Shown here piece after piece: positions 43,863 to 54,380 of a DNA stretch of 64,000 bases. The stretch is from an uncultured bacterium (GTDB lineage: Bacteria; Bacteroidota; Bacteroidia; J057; JADKCL01). The translations under genes were made by a program, and so were the position numbers. Numbering within the stretch: the first letter of the stretch is position 1; each line of letters begins with the position of its first letter. A model generated the notes under the pieces. That model did no database searches, was not told where the DNA came from, and was given only the letters and a program-made list of their open reading frames with translations. The DNA is taken from assembly GCA_963923035.1 (NCBI GenBank), contig CAWUKT010000003.1:58518-122517 (forward strand). The letters run 5' to 3'.

Positions 43863-45376
43863 GTGGCAATTTGATCGGCCCACTCCGGCGCCGCACTCCA
43901 ATCAATTCCCAGTACAAATTCTCCCAACAAGAAGAACATTACCGTGACGAGCAGGATGCCGAGGAGGTTGAACCAGATGCCAGCCCGGATCATTTGGCGG
44001 ATAGGAACGTAGCCCGAGCCAAAAACGATGGCCTGGGTGGGTGAAGCGACGGGCATCATGAAGGCGCAGGAGGCAGAAAAGGTCGCGGGAATCATCAGGA
44101 TGCGTGGATCAATGCCCATGCTGACGCCCGCCTGGGCGAGGATGGGCAGGATGAGGTTGGTCGTGGCGGTATTCGAGGTGATTTCGGTGAGGAAAGTGAG
44201 GAGCAAACAAACGAGGATGACGAGCGGTACCACAGGCATTCCGGCCAGTCCCGCCAATTGGCCGCCGACCATTTCGGACAGGCCACTCGACGCAAATCCT
44301 CCGGCCAGGGCGAACCCGCCCCCAAACAGCAGCAGGATTCCCCACGGCAGTTTCAGGGCCTTGTCCCAGGTCAGCAGGGACTCGCCTTCCCGGTCCTTGG
44401 ACGGCACCAGGAACAGCAGAATCGCCCCACCAATGGCAATGGCTTCGTCCTTGACCTGGGGCAGGTCCCAGGCCGAGCGCCAGCCCGGCACCACAAAGTC
44501 TTCCCCCAATTTGAGGTCGGAACCGGTGATCCACGCCAGGGCCGTGAGGCCAAAGACCGCTCCGGCCAGCCATTCGTCCCGCCGCATTTTCCCCAAGCCC
44601 ACCAATTCATTCTTGATCACATCCTTGCCATTCATCAAGGCTCCAAACCGAAAGCGGAACACCACCCGGGTCATCAGGACCCAACCGGACAGGACAAAGA
44701 TGATGGACAAAGGGAAACCCAGTTGGAGCCAGGCGAGAAAGTCGGCTTCGGGAGCTCCGGGGAAAAAAGTAGCCAGCATGTCTTTGTAGACGACGTTTGG
44801 CGCGGTGCCGATGAGGGTGGCCATCCCGCCCATGTCGGCGGCATAGGCGATGCCCAGCATCAACGCAATGGCGAATTGGCGCCGACCCTTTTCGTCGGCG
44901 GGGCCAGAACGGGCTTGTTCGAGGATGGACAGGGCAATGGGCAGCATGACCATGACGGTCGCGGTATTGGAAATCCACATGCTGAGGAACCAGGTGGCCA
45001 GCATGAAGCCCAGGATCAGTCGCCGCGGTTGGCTGCCAATCCGCTGCACAATGGACAGCGCCAGGCGTTGGTGCAGCCCGGTCTCCTGCAAACCGATGGC
45101 GAGGATGAACCCTCCGAGGAACAGGAAAATTGTGGATTTGCCGTAGAAAGCACCGGCCGTGGCCATGTCCGAGATCCCGAACATCGGGAACAGCAGCAGC
45201 GGCAACAAGGACGTAACCGGAATCGGGACGGCCTCGGTGATCCACCACACAGCCATCAACGCCACAATTGCCGCCATGGCCGGGGCCGCCGGATATACCT
45301 CTCCCGGCACAGTCCAGTACACCAGACCAGCCGCCACCAATCCCAATACGCGCAGCAATGCGGAGTTCATAAGCAT
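43850..45376 (-). CDS. DASS/SLC13-family anion (dicarboxylate/sulfate):sodium symporter
   Basis: The start was placed at MLMNSALLRVLG. Family-typical segments are VWWITEAVPIPVTSLLPLLLFP and FLTEITSNTATTNLILPI. About 12 or more TM helices. Confidence 0.85.
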   Translation of the reverse strand: MLMNSALLRVLGLVAAGLVYWTVPGEVYPAAPAMAAIVALMAVWWITEAVPIPVTSLLPLLLFPMFGISDMATAGAFYGKSTIFLFLGGFILAIGLQETGLHQRLALSIVQRIGSQPRRLILGFMLATWFLSMWISNTATVMVMLPIALSILEQARSGPADEKGRRQFAIALMLGIAYAADMGGMATLIGTAPNVVYKDMLATFFPGAPEADFLAWLQLGFPLSIIFVLSGWVLMTRVVFRFRFGALMNGKDVIKNELVGLGKMRRDEWLAGAVFGLTALAWITGSDLKLGEDFVVPGWRSAWDLPQVKDEAIAIGGAILLFLVPSKDREGESLLTWDKALKLPWGILLLFGGGFALAGGFASSGLSEMVGGQLAGLAGMPVVPLVILVCLLLTFLTEITSNTATTNLILPILAQAGVSMGIDPRILMIPATFSASCAFMMPVASPTQAIVFGSGYVPIRQMIRAGIWFNLLGILLVTVMFFLLGEFVLGIDWSAAPEWADQIATQPS

Positions 45377-45544
45377 CTGCAAAATAGTAAATGTGAAGAT
45401 GTGTAAATTGGAAATATCGTGCGGGAGAGAGAACAAGGTAAATGGGCCTGGGAATGGACTTTCCTTCTGTTCATTGGCATATTTCCCCACTTTCCCATTT
45501 ACACATTCACGAAAACTACTTCCGCCCCTCACAGTTAAGCAGAT

Positions 45545-46465
45545 ATGAAAACAAGAATCTTAGTCCCGGTATTGGTCTTGGCCGTGGTGACCGTCGGCTC
45601 GCTGTTTGCGTTTGTGAACAATGAACCCCTGCCGGAAACGGCGAAGGCCCGGCCGACTGTCGAGTCCTATACCCCGTCCAATACCTGGAATGAATACTGG
45701 TACGCTGGCAAAGCCGAATTGAATGGCTATTCCTTGCAGCAGGCCCGCTACGGCGAGGTCCACGAAGGCAAAGCGATGCTGATGTTTGTGACAGAAGATT
45801 TCTCGACCGATAGCCATACCAAAGCCTCCGGCCGGGGCGTCCCGGTCCTGAAGGTCAATTTTGACAAGAAATTCCTGACCGGCATCTATCCCTATTCCAT
45901 GTTGCTGACCACCGCGAGTCCGGTGGACATCCAGCGGCGGCCCCATCCCATTACGGTGACGGGCTCCGTGCAGGAATGGTGCGGCCATACCTTCACCCAA
46001 TTCAACCTCACCGGTGACGAATACAAGTACACGGAACACAGCTATTTCCCCGGCGAAGGCGATCAGATGGCCTCTTTCCCGGCCGTTTGGATGGAAGATG
46101 AAATCTGGACCCGCATCCGCATCAACCCTGGCAGCCTCCCCACCGGCGAGATCAAAATGATGCCCGGCATTTTCCACCTCCGGTTTGCCCACTCCCGCCC
46201 GGGTCCCCAATCGGTGACCGCCACCCTGGCCCCCAAGAGCAAGAACACCCAGGTTTATACCCTGAGCTTCCCCCGGGGCCGGACCCTGGCCATTGAATTT
46301 GAGAAGGACTTTCCGAACCGGATCTTGGGTTGGGAGGAAAATTCGCGGGGCCTAACCACCAAGGCGACCCTGCTGGAAACCACCCGCCTCGACTACTGGA
46401 ACAAGAATTCGAATGGCGACCGCAAACTGCGGAGCACCCTCGGCTTCCAGCCGGACGAGATTTGA
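45545..46465 (+). CDS. Conserved-looking hypothetical protein with an N-terminal membrane anchor or signal
   Basis: 306 aa, with N-terminus MKTRILVPVLVLAVVTVGSLFAFV. The body is globular and beta-rich, with no motif recognised. Confidence 0.55.
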   Translation: MKTRILVPVLVLAVVTVGSLFAFVNNEPLPETAKARPTVESYTPSNTWNEYWYAGKAELNGYSLQQARYGEVHEGKAMLMFVTEDFSTDSHTKASGRGVPVLKVNFDKKFLTGIYPYSMLLTTASPVDIQRRPHPITVTGSVQEWCGHTFTQFNLTGDEYKYTEHSYFPGEGDQMASFPAVWMEDEIWTRIRINPGSLPTGEIKMMPGIFHLRFAHSRPGPQSVTATLAPKSKNTQVYTLSFPRGRTLAIEFEKDFPNRILGWEENSRGLTTKATLLETTRLDYWNKNSNGDRKLRSTLGFQPDEI

Positions 46466-46486
46466 TTCACGGGATCACCGCCATTG

Positions 46487-46524
46487 AAAAAATCCCCTTT
46501 CGCCGGTGCGAAAGGGGATTTTTA
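46487..46524. terminator. Bidirectional rho-independent terminator between convergent genes
   Basis: AAAAATCCCCTTTCGC-cggt-GCGAAAGGGGATTTTT has a perfect 16-bp stem (including the A/T arms). It has an A-tract on one side and a T-tract on the other. It lies between the 45545..46465 gene and carB. Confidence 0.75.
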
Positions 46525-46543
46525 TTCTGCAGACCGGGCCGTC

Positions 46544-49360
46544 TTAGCGGCTCAGGTACAGGTTCCGCTCGCGGTAGAGGCGGAGGAAATCGTCGTCGTT
46601 GAGGTCTTCGATGAACAAGATCGCCTCTCCGGTCGACTTCATTTCCGGGCCGAGCTCCTTGTTGACGTTCGGGAACTTGTTGAAGGAGAAGACGGGCAAC
46701 TTGATCGCGTAGCCTTCCAGGCGCGGCTCGAAGGTGAAGTCCTTCAGCTTGTGCGTGCCCAGCATGACCTTGGTCGCGTAGTTCACGTACGGCACCTTGT
46801 GGGCCTTGGCGATGAACGGTACCGTCCGGCTGGCCCGCGGATTCGCTTCGATGACGTAGACCTTCTCCTGGTGAATGGCAAACTGGATGTTGATCAGGCC
46901 CACCACGCCGAGCGCCAGAGCGATTTCCCGCGTATAGTTCTCCATCATGGTCTTCTGGAGGTCGCCGAGGGAGAACGGCGGCAGGACGGCATTGGAATCG
47001 CCGGAGTGGATCCCGGCCGGCTCGATGTGCTCCATCATCCCGATGAGCTGCACCTCTTCGCCATCGCAGATGGCGTCGACTTCGGCCTCGATGGCCCCAT
47101 CGAGGAAGTGGTCGATCAAAACCTTGTTGCCGGGGATGTCCTTCAGGGTATTGATCACATGCTCTTCCAATTCCTGATCGTTGATCACGATCCGCATGGA
47201 CTGTCCACCCAAGACATAGGACGGACGCACCAGCGCCGGATACCCGACCGATCCAATCACGCCCAGGGCGTCATCGGCATTTTCCGCCACCCCAAACTCA
47301 GGATAGGGAATGCCCAATTCCTTCAGCAAGGTCGAGAAGCTCCCGCGGTCCTCGGCCATGTCCAGGGACTTGTGGGAGGTCCCGATGACCGGAATCCCGT
47401 AGCGGTCCAATTTCTCCGCCAACTTCAAAGCCGTCTGACCGCCCAGCTGGACGATGACGCCTTCGGGTTGCTCGTGGCGGATGATGTCGTAGATATGTTC
47501 CCAGAAAACGGGTTCAAAGTAGAGCTTATCGGCGATGTTGAAGTCCGTGGAGACCGTCTCGGGGTTGCAGTTGATCATGATGGTCTCATACCCCTCTTCC
47601 TGCGCTGCCAACACGCCGTGGACGCAGCAGTAATCGAACTCGATGCCCTGACCGATGCGGTTGGGCCCCGATCCGAAGATCACCACCTTCTTTTTGTCCG
47701 TCACCTCCGATTCATTTTCCCCATCAAAGGTCGAGTAGAAATAGGGCGTCCGGGCTTCAAACTCGGCCGCACAGGTATCGACCATTTTGAAGGAACGCTT
47801 CACATCGAGTTCCATCCGCCGCTTGTACACTTCACTCTCCCAGCAATTCAACAGGTAAGCGATCTGGCGGTCGGCGTAGCCATTTTGCTTGGCCTGGACC
47901 ATGAGTTCGTGGGGAATGGTATCGATGGCGTAGCCTTTGATTTGTTTTTCCAGCTCCACCAAGCGCTGAATCTCTTCGAGGAACCACATGTCGATTCCGG
48001 TTGCTTTTTGGATGGAGCGGAGCGGAACGCCCATTTGCATGGCGTCCTTGATGTGCCAGAGACGGTCCCAGGAGGGCGTCTCGAGGCTGGCCATGACCTC
48101 GGCGAGGTCTTCGAGGTGCTTGCCATCCGCGCCCAAGCCGTTGCGCTTAACTTCAAGGGACTGGCAGGCCTTTTGGAGGGCTTCGTTGAAGCTGCGGCCG
48201 ATGCCCATGACTTCGCCCACACTCTTCATCTGGAGGCCAAGGCTCTTGTCGGAGCCGCGGAACTTGTCGAAGTTCCAACGCGGGATTTTGACGATCACGT
48301 AGTCCAGGCTCGGCTCAAAGAAGGCGGAGGTGGTCCCGGTGATCTGATTGGAGAGCTCGTCGAGGCGGTAGCCGATGGCGAGTTTGGCGGCGATCTTCGC
48401 GATGGGGTAACCGGTGGCCTTGGAGGCCAGGGCGGAGGAGCGGGATACCCGGGGGTTGATCTCGATCACGATCATCCGACCCGAATTCGGGTCGATGGAG
48501 AACTGAACGTTGCAACCACCGCTGAATTCGCCGATGGCGTCCATGACCTGGAAGGCGCCGTTCCGCATGCGTTGCATGTCGCGGTCGGAAAGGGTCATGG
48601 CCGGGGCCACGGTGATGGAATCGCCCGTATGGACGCCCATGGGATCGAAGTTCTCGATGGAACAGATCACCAGGTGGTTGCCCGCGTGGTCCCGCAGCAC
48701 TTCCAATTCGTATTCTTTCCACCCGTACACACTCTCTTCGATCAGCACTTCGTGGATCGGGCTGGAGTGGAGGGCGTGGGTCAATGCCTTGTCAAAATCT
48801 TCCTTGCTGTTGACGAATCCACCGCCGGTTCCGCCCAGGGTATAGGAAGGACGCAGCACCAAGGGGAATCCAATCTCCTGCGCAATCTCTTTTCCCTGGA
48901 GAAAAGAACGGGCAATCTTGGCCCGGAGCACGGGCACCCCAATGTCCTGCATCAGCAGGCGGAAGGCTTCCCGGTCTTCGGCAGTATCGATGCCTTTGAA
49001 ATCCACCCCAATCGTCCGCACATTGAACTGCTCCCAGATTCCAGCCTTGTCGCATTCGATGGCCAGGTTGAGCCCGGTTTGTCCCCCCATCGTCGGCAGT
49101 ACCGAGTCGATGTCGGGGTGCGCCTTGAGGATTTGGATAATGGATTTCCGCTCCAGAGGGAGCAAATACACATTGTCCGCAGTCACGGGGTCGGTCATGA
49201 TCGTCGCCGGATTGGAATTGACCAGGGTGACTTTGATCCCTTCTTCCCGCAGCGAACGGGCGGCCTGGGAGCCAGAGTAGTCAAATTCACAGGCTTGGCC
49301 AATGATGATAGGCCCACTTCCGATGATTAAGATGTGTTTGATCGAGGTGTCAAGCGGCAT
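46544..49360 (-). CDS. carB: Carbamoyl-phosphate synthase large subunit
   Basis: The start was placed at MPLDTSIKHILIIGSGPIIIGQACEFDYSGSQA. Two ATP-grasp halves and the MGS-like C-terminal domain are recognisable throughout. Confidence 0.95.
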   Translation of the reverse strand: MPLDTSIKHILIIGSGPIIIGQACEFDYSGSQAARSLREEGIKVTLVNSNPATIMTDPVTADNVYLLPLERKSIIQILKAHPDIDSVLPTMGGQTGLNLAIECDKAGIWEQFNVRTIGVDFKGIDTAEDREAFRLLMQDIGVPVLRAKIARSFLQGKEIAQEIGFPLVLRPSYTLGGTGGGFVNSKEDFDKALTHALHSSPIHEVLIEESVYGWKEYELEVLRDHAGNHLVICSIENFDPMGVHTGDSITVAPAMTLSDRDMQRMRNGAFQVMDAIGEFSGGCNVQFSIDPNSGRMIVIEINPRVSRSSALASKATGYPIAKIAAKLAIGYRLDELSNQITGTTSAFFEPSLDYVIVKIPRWNFDKFRGSDKSLGLQMKSVGEVMGIGRSFNEALQKACQSLEVKRNGLGADGKHLEDLAEVMASLETPSWDRLWHIKDAMQMGVPLRSIQKATGIDMWFLEEIQRLVELEKQIKGYAIDTIPHELMVQAKQNGYADRQIAYLLNCWESEVYKRRMELDVKRSFKMVDTCAAEFEARTPYFYSTFDGENESEVTDKKKVVIFGSGPNRIGQGIEFDYCCVHGVLAAQEEGYETIMINCNPETVSTDFNIADKLYFEPVFWEHIYDIIRHEQPEGVIVQLGGQTALKLAEKLDRYGIPVIGTSHKSLDMAEDRGSFSTLLKELGIPYPEFGVAENADDALGVIGSVGYPALVRPSYVLGGQSMRIVINDQELEEHVINTLKDIPGNKVLIDHFLDGAIEAEVDAICDGEEVQLIGMMEHIEPAGIHSGDSNAVLPPFSLGDLQKTMMENYTREIALALGVVGLINIQFAIHQEKVYVIEANPRASRTVPFIAKAHKVPYVNYATKVMLGTHKLKDFTFEPRLEGYAIKLPVFSFNKFPNVNKELGPEMKSTGEAILFIEDLNDDDFLRLYRERNLYLSR

Positions 49361-49607
49361 ATTCCCAAAATTTCCTGCAAAACTAATACACAATGGCTAT
49401 ACCTCAAGGAATTGTGGAAAACGAATAACAAGTTTCAGCTTCAGGGGAATAGGGAAAATGAGGAGGGAGGGGATGAGAGGAATGGGAAAATGTGCAAGTG
49501 TGCAAATTAGAGGGAATGGGAAAATGATCGTACCACTGAATCCCGGCTAGTGATTGACCACTTCCAATTCATTTTCACATTGGCGCATCAGAAAATTTGC
49601 ACACTTA

Positions 49608-50297
49608 CTAAGGAATCGTGACGCCAATGGCGAGTCCCAGGCGGACGTCCAGCAGGTTGCGCCAGTAATCGGCTTCGTCGTTGAAGAATTGTTGGCCGGG
49701 GGGGAACAGGCCGCCGACGTCGTAGTCGAACAGGTTGAATTGGCGGACGTGCTCCATTCCGAGGCCGCCGCCGAGGAAAGCGCCCACGACCACGTAGTCT
49801 CCCAAGGGTACATCCCAACCAAAGGCAACATCCAATCGACCGCCTTGGCGGTATTCTTCCGACTCCTTCTCGTACAAAAATCCATTCTCGGTATAGCTCA
49901 AGGGCACCTTGTCCCACCGGATTTCCCGGTACATGAACTGGGCCGAGATGTAAAACCGGCTGACCCGGACCTTGCTCTGGTTGAAGAAGGGGTAGAATTT
50001 GTAGCGGAGAAATGCCCGGTGGCCCGAAGCCGGCAACCAGCTGTCGAACAGATCGGGAATGCTGTCCGGGGAAATCTGTTGGTGGAGGGCCGAAGTCATA
50101 TAGGTGTATTCGAACCCAATGGCCTGACGGGGATGGAAGCGGTAATCGGCCGCGATCTGGAAATGGCCCACCGCGACAATCGCCGGATTGGTGGTGATGG
50201 CGACGCGGTAGGGACGACGAATCTTACCATCGGGCTGGGCCATGACCTGGCCTCCCAACAGCAGACAAAAAATAATCCCTAACAATCGCGTTTCCAT
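49608..50297 (-). CDS. Putative outer-membrane beta-barrel protein
   Basis: Signal peptide METRLLGIIFCLLLGGQVMAQ. It has alternating aromatic/hydrophobic beta-strand patterns and ends in an aromatic-rich terminal strand region. Confidence 0.5.
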   Translation of the reverse strand: METRLLGIIFCLLLGGQVMAQPDGKIRRPYRVAITTNPAIVAVGHFQIAADYRFHPRQAIGFEYTYMTSALHQQISPDSIPDLFDSWLPASGHRAFLRYKFYPFFNQSKVRVSRFYISAQFMYREIRWDKVPLSYTENGFLYEKESEEYRQGGRLDVAFGWDVPLGDYVVVGAFLGGGLGMEHVRQFNLFDYDVGGLFPPGQQFFNDEADYWRNLLDVRLGLAIGVTIP

Positions 50298-50336
50298 ACC
50301 CTACAAAGCTACCAAAATTATTCCCAAATTGGGGCC

Positions 50337-51548
50337 ATGCACGTCGCGCTCCTGAACGACCCCAACAATTTTCACACCCAAAAATGGGCCCTCGCCCTGC
50401 AACAAGCAGGGGCCCAAGTGACGGTCTTCAGCTACGATGCTCCGCAACACCAGGAATTTCCCGCCGTGCGGGTCCCCACTGTCCAACCGGACACCTACCG
50501 CTACCGCGATTACCTCCGCGGCGGCCCCGCCCTCCGGGCCGCCCTCGACACCCACCAGATCGACCTGGTGAATGCCCTGAACGTGACGCCTTTCGGCGTC
50601 TGGGCGCACCAGACCGGCTTCCGGCCGGTCGTGGCGAGCGCATTGGGCGCTGACCTGTTGGAATATCCGCCCCGGCCCTCGATGTCTCCGCTGCTCCGCT
50701 CCCGCTCCTGGGCCAATGTAGAAGGACAGACCGGCCCGTCTGCGCGCATTCGGCAGTGGGCCCGCCGCCAATACTTCCGCGGGAAGGTCCGCACGGCCCT
50801 GCAAGGCGCCGACCTCGTCACCGGCGACAACCAGGTGCTCGTGGACGCTGCTGTGGATTGGTTCGGGGTGCCCCGCGAAAAGGTGCGCCTGCTGCGCTGG
50901 GGCGTGGAACCGGAATTGTTCGCGGTTTCGGAGGCTCAGGTCCAGGCGGTCCGGGAGCGGTGGAACATTCCCCAAGGAGCACGGCTCGTGCTGAGTCCCC
51001 GGGGGGCCAAGGCCATTTACAATGCGGATGTGATCCTGGAAGGGTTCGCCCAGGCCCTGGCCCAGGTCGGGCCGGAGGTGCATTTTCTCATGTTGTCGGC
51101 GGGCTATGCCGTTTCGGAACGGGTGCAGGCCCGGGCCGAGGCGCTGGTGCAGCAGTACCCCAATTTTCATTTTGAGGCGGGGCGGGTGCCCCGGGAAATG
51201 GTGTATGCGCTCTGGAACATCGTCGATGTTTTCGTGTCGGCGCCCGTCTACGACGGGTATTCGGCGGCGGTGGCGGAGGGGCGCTACGCCGGCTCCATCC
51301 CGGTCGTCAACGACATCTCGGGCAACCGGGAAGTGATCACCCACCAGGAAAATGGCTGGATGGTCGATCCGTTTCAACCGGGTACTTTGGCCGCCGCATT
51401 GGTCGAACTCCTGGCGCAACTTCCCCGGTGGCAAGCAAGATTTAAGGAAAAAAACAGGTTGTGGATTGAAAAGAACTCCTTAGTGAAGGAGAATGCCAAA
51501 CGCTTCCTGGATTGGGGAGAGGAACTGCTGAGGAACAGAGCGCTATAG
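50337..51548 (+). CDS. Glycosyltransferase, GT4 (group 1) family
   Basis: GT-B layout. The N-terminal domain reads MHVALLNDPNNFHTQKW. The C-terminal domain has the family pattern (VFVSAPVYDGYSAAVAEGRYAGSIPVVNDISGNREVI), containing the E-x7-E-like region. Confidence 0.75.
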   Translation: MHVALLNDPNNFHTQKWALALQQAGAQVTVFSYDAPQHQEFPAVRVPTVQPDTYRYRDYLRGGPALRAALDTHQIDLVNALNVTPFGVWAHQTGFRPVVASALGADLLEYPPRPSMSPLLRSRSWANVEGQTGPSARIRQWARRQYFRGKVRTALQGADLVTGDNQVLVDAAVDWFGVPREKVRLLRWGVEPELFAVSEAQVQAVRERWNIPQGARLVLSPRGAKAIYNADVILEGFAQALAQVGPEVHFLMLSAGYAVSERVQARAEALVQQYPNFHFEAGRVPREMVYALWNIVDVFVSAPVYDGYSAAVAEGRYAGSIPVVNDISGNREVITHQENGWMVDPFQPGTLAAALVELLAQLPRWQARFKEKNRLWIEKNSLVKENAKRFLDWGEELLRNRAL

Positions 51549-51762
51549 GGGAAAAAACGTAGTCTTGGGGACGACGAATCTGCACAGGCTAACAAACGTT
51601 GCATCGCCTGACAACCCGCGTAAGTGAGTTAATCAAATTGTAACTTTCATCCATTTTCATGCGAATAATTAATTGCTAACTTGGCTCACCGATCCAACTA
51701 TATTGACCCGAACGATTTCTTTTGTCCCGTAGAGCAGGTAAACACCTGAATGACTATCGAAC

Positions 51763-52026
51763 ATGAAGCGTATTGGATACCCGGTATTGATTACCGCAGC
51801 CTACATTGCATTGCTTATACTTGTTTTCTCTTCAGAATTCGGCCAGAAAAACAATTTCCTCTTCCCTGAACAGGAAACCGCAAATGTAGTTGTTGCCAAA
51901 ACTCCTTCCCCTGAGGCCCAGCCTCAGCCCGAAGCCAATGCGGCCGTAGAGCCCGCATCTGAGACTCCTGTCACGCCGAAGGCTCCGGAAGAAGATGGGC
52001 ACTCCCCCGAGGGCGCCATCGAATAA
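51763..52026 (+). CDS. Small membrane-anchored Pro/Glu/Ala-rich protein
   Basis: 87 aa. An N-terminal TM helix (YPVLITAAYIALLILVF) is followed by a PEA-rich low-complexity tail. Confidence 0.4.
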   Translation: MKRIGYPVLITAAYIALLILVFSSEFGQKNNFLFPEQETANVVVAKTPSPEAQPQPEANAAVEPASETPVTPKAPEEDGHSPEGAIE

Positions 52027-52077
52027 CTGCTTTTCTCCCTGGCTGCATCCCACAACCATTTTTCTTAACTTCCCTGC

Positions 52078-54333
52078 ATGCTGGCCCGGATCATCCCGTT
52101 TTTTCGCTCTCCCACCTTCTGGCTGGGTTCCCTGGGCGGGGCCATTTTCCTCCTCTTTTTCTATTTCCACTACCAGGACATCGATCCCGCCAAGTACACC
52201 TACCGGGACGACGGCATCATCACCCTCAGCCACGCCAAGAACTTTGTGGACCACGGCCATATCGGGGTTGATCCCAGCGGCAAACGCATAGAAGGCTTTT
52301 CTGCGCCCGCCCAATTCTGGATTTACACGGTCGTGTACGGCCTGACCCACCTTCACTGGCTGGACTTTGCCACCGCCCAAACCGTCCTCTGCACCTTTCT
52401 CATCGGCTTTTTCTTCATCCAATTCTTCCGAAAACAACCCTTCCCCGGACTCCTCATGACCACATTCGCCGCATGGTTCCTGACCTGGCACGTCCGGTTT
52501 CTTGAATGGCACGGCTCGGGGATGGAGAATGCCTGGACCCACTTGTTTTTTCTCCTGCTGGTCTACCTGAGTTGGCGGATGGTGGAGCGGGGAAAAATCA
52601 ACTATTGGTGGGTGATCTGGGGCTTTCTGGCCGTGGTTTCCCGTACGGAAAGCGTCTTTCACATCGCGCCAGTACTGGTGCTGTTTGCGGGATACTACCG
52701 CAGCCGCCACCAATCGTGGCGCGGATTGCACTGGGCCCTGGCCGTCGGAGCCGCCTGGAGCCTGTACCAAGGCTGGCGCATCTACTACTTTGGGTGCTTC
52801 TTCCCCAATACTGGCCTCGCCCAGGAAATCTCGGTCTCCGACAACCTCCGTCGCCTTTGGAATGGCGACGAAGCCTGGCTCCGCCTCGCCTCGCAGTGGG
52901 CCCGCGACATTTTCCGCCTCCACGGCGGTTGGTTCTGGGCCCTGATCCTGTTGACATTGCCCTTCCTCCAACACCGCGAAAAATGGATCTGGCCGCTGCT
53001 GGTCCTGTTTTCATTGTCCCTGACCGCCTTCCTCAACCCCTTCGTCTTCGGGATGACCCGCCTGGACATCGCCCGTTCGACCACCTTTCTCGCCCTCTTC
53101 ATGGCCCTCGGACTCGCCCATGTCCTGCCGCGACTTCGCCTCAAAGGAAATACCTGGGTCGTCCTTCCCCTGCTCATTGGCCTCCTGGTCGTGGGCCGCA
53201 TTTTCCGTCCCCTCTACCTCGAACCACCCCGCCACCTGTGCTGCGCCGTGGACAATTTCTCCGAGAAAGCCTGGTACGCGAACGAATTTGCCGCCCAAAA
53301 CGACCTTCACCGCCTCCAATTCGCCAATCCCGACCTCGGAAAGCTCAGCTACCTCAAGGATTTCAACCTCACCGATCTCGGCTTCCTGGGCTCTCCGGTG
53401 CTGGCCCATCTCCGCCACAACGATTACCTCCTGCGGACCTGGTTCTATGAATTTGTCCGGCCTGACGTCGTGGAAACCCACGGAGAATGGTCGGTCCTGC
53501 ACGGCCGCTTGTTCTCCGATGCCCGCTTTCGGATGATCTACGAACCGCTACACGAAACGCGGGAAGGCTATCTGGATGAACTGGGCGGGGCTTATCCGCA
53601 GATTGGAGAGGGGATTTTTGTGCGAAAGGAATTGAAAGACGGAGCCTCCAACCCCGAAAGACGACTGGTTTCAGACCTCAAACAAATGGAGACGGCGGAG
53701 GAACGGGTGCAAAGAATGGTCGAAGAATTGCTCTACACCACGAGCCCCAAGGCTCCCCTGGCCCACCAATATGTAGTTCGTACGGCCTATCGGTTCTTGC
53801 CGGAGTTGGAAGGGGCGGACAATTGGGAGGAATTCGAGGCTGGTTTTGACAACAGAATCACAGCCCCGGTCGACCTTGCCCTGCTGCAAAGTGGCCACCG
53901 GGGGAACTGGTCGGATGAAATTGTGGATTGGTTGCAGCAAAATCGGGGAATCATCGACGCTGATCCCATCACCGAATTCTACGGCCATCCCGGCCAATTG
54001 ATCATCGACCGGGACCGTTGGCGCTTTTATGCCCTGCCGGGCAATCGGCTCGTGGGCTCCCTCCTCGCCCCGGAAGCCTTCGAACTGGCCCCCGAAATGG
54101 CCCTCCATGTATTCATCGCGGACAAGGAAGTGGCCCTGAAAAAAAATCCCTGGGGGGCCGACTTTATGGACTTCAGTTGGGATTCGGATTGTGCGCGGGA
54201 ATGGCACGGGGAATTGTTCTGGGAAGTCCAACTGCCCCGGGAGCCGCTGGAAGCCGTTATTGTCGGGCAAAATGGCCCCGACGGAGCCCTCTGGCGGGCC
54301 CGTGCGGTCTGGCCCAATGATCTTGAATTTTGA
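52078..54333 (+). CDS. Large polytopic membrane protein with a soluble C-terminal domain; possible GT-C-type glycosyltransferase
   Basis: About 10 or more TM helices in the first roughly 400 aa. An acidic motif sits in the first loop ([14 protein letters not shown]), as in GT-C enzymes. A soluble C-terminal region of about 350 aa follows. It lies adjacent to the GT4 gene. The function is inferred only. Confidence 0.55.
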   Translation: MLARIIPFFRSPTFWLGSLGGAIFLLFFYFHYQDIDPAKYTYRDDGIITLSHAKNFVDHGHIGVDPSGKRIEGFSAPAQFWIYTVVYGLTHLHWLDFATAQTVLCTFLIGFFFIQFFRKQPFPGLLMTTFAAWFLTWHVRFLEWHGSGMENAWTHLFFLLLVYLSWRMVERGKINYWWVIWGFLAVVSRTESVFHIAPVLVLFAGYYRSRHQSWRGLHWALAVGAAWSLYQGWRIYYFGCFFPNTGLAQEISVSDNLRRLWNGDEAWLRLASQWARDIFRLHGGWFWALILLTLPFLQHREKWIWPLLVLFSLSLTAFLNPFVFGMTRLDIARSTTFLALFMALGLAHVLPRLRLKGNTWVVLPLLIGLLVVGRIFRPLYLEPPRHLCCAVDNFSEKAWYANEFAAQNDLHRLQFANPDLGKLSYLKDFNLTDLGFLGSPVLAHLRHNDYLLRTWFYEFVRPDVVETHGEWSVLHGRLFSDARFRMIYEPLHETREGYLDELGGAYPQIGEGIFVRKELKDGASNPERRLVSDLKQMETAEERVQRMVEELLYTTSPKAPLAHQYVVRTAYRFLPELEGADNWEEFEAGFDNRITAPVDLALLQSGHRGNWSDEIVDWLQQNRGIIDADPITEFYGHPGQLIIDRDRWRFYALPGNRLVGSLLAPEAFELAPEMALHVFIADKEVALKKNPWGADFMDFSWDSDCAREWHGELFWEVQLPREPLEAVIVGQNGPDGALWRARAVWPNDLEF

Positions 54334-54380
54334 ACAGGTGCGGGGCTTCTCCGAATGAAAAAAACTGTAATTTTGACAAT

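Noticed and set aside
46484-49330. A 948-aa ORF on the + strand, the longest plus-strand ORF in this part of the window.
   Set aside because: It is exactly antisense to carB, whose product is unmistakable along its whole length. Its translation is low-complexity (rich in G, D, V, L, H and R) with no motifs. This is a typical mirror ORF of a GC-rich, codon-biased gene.
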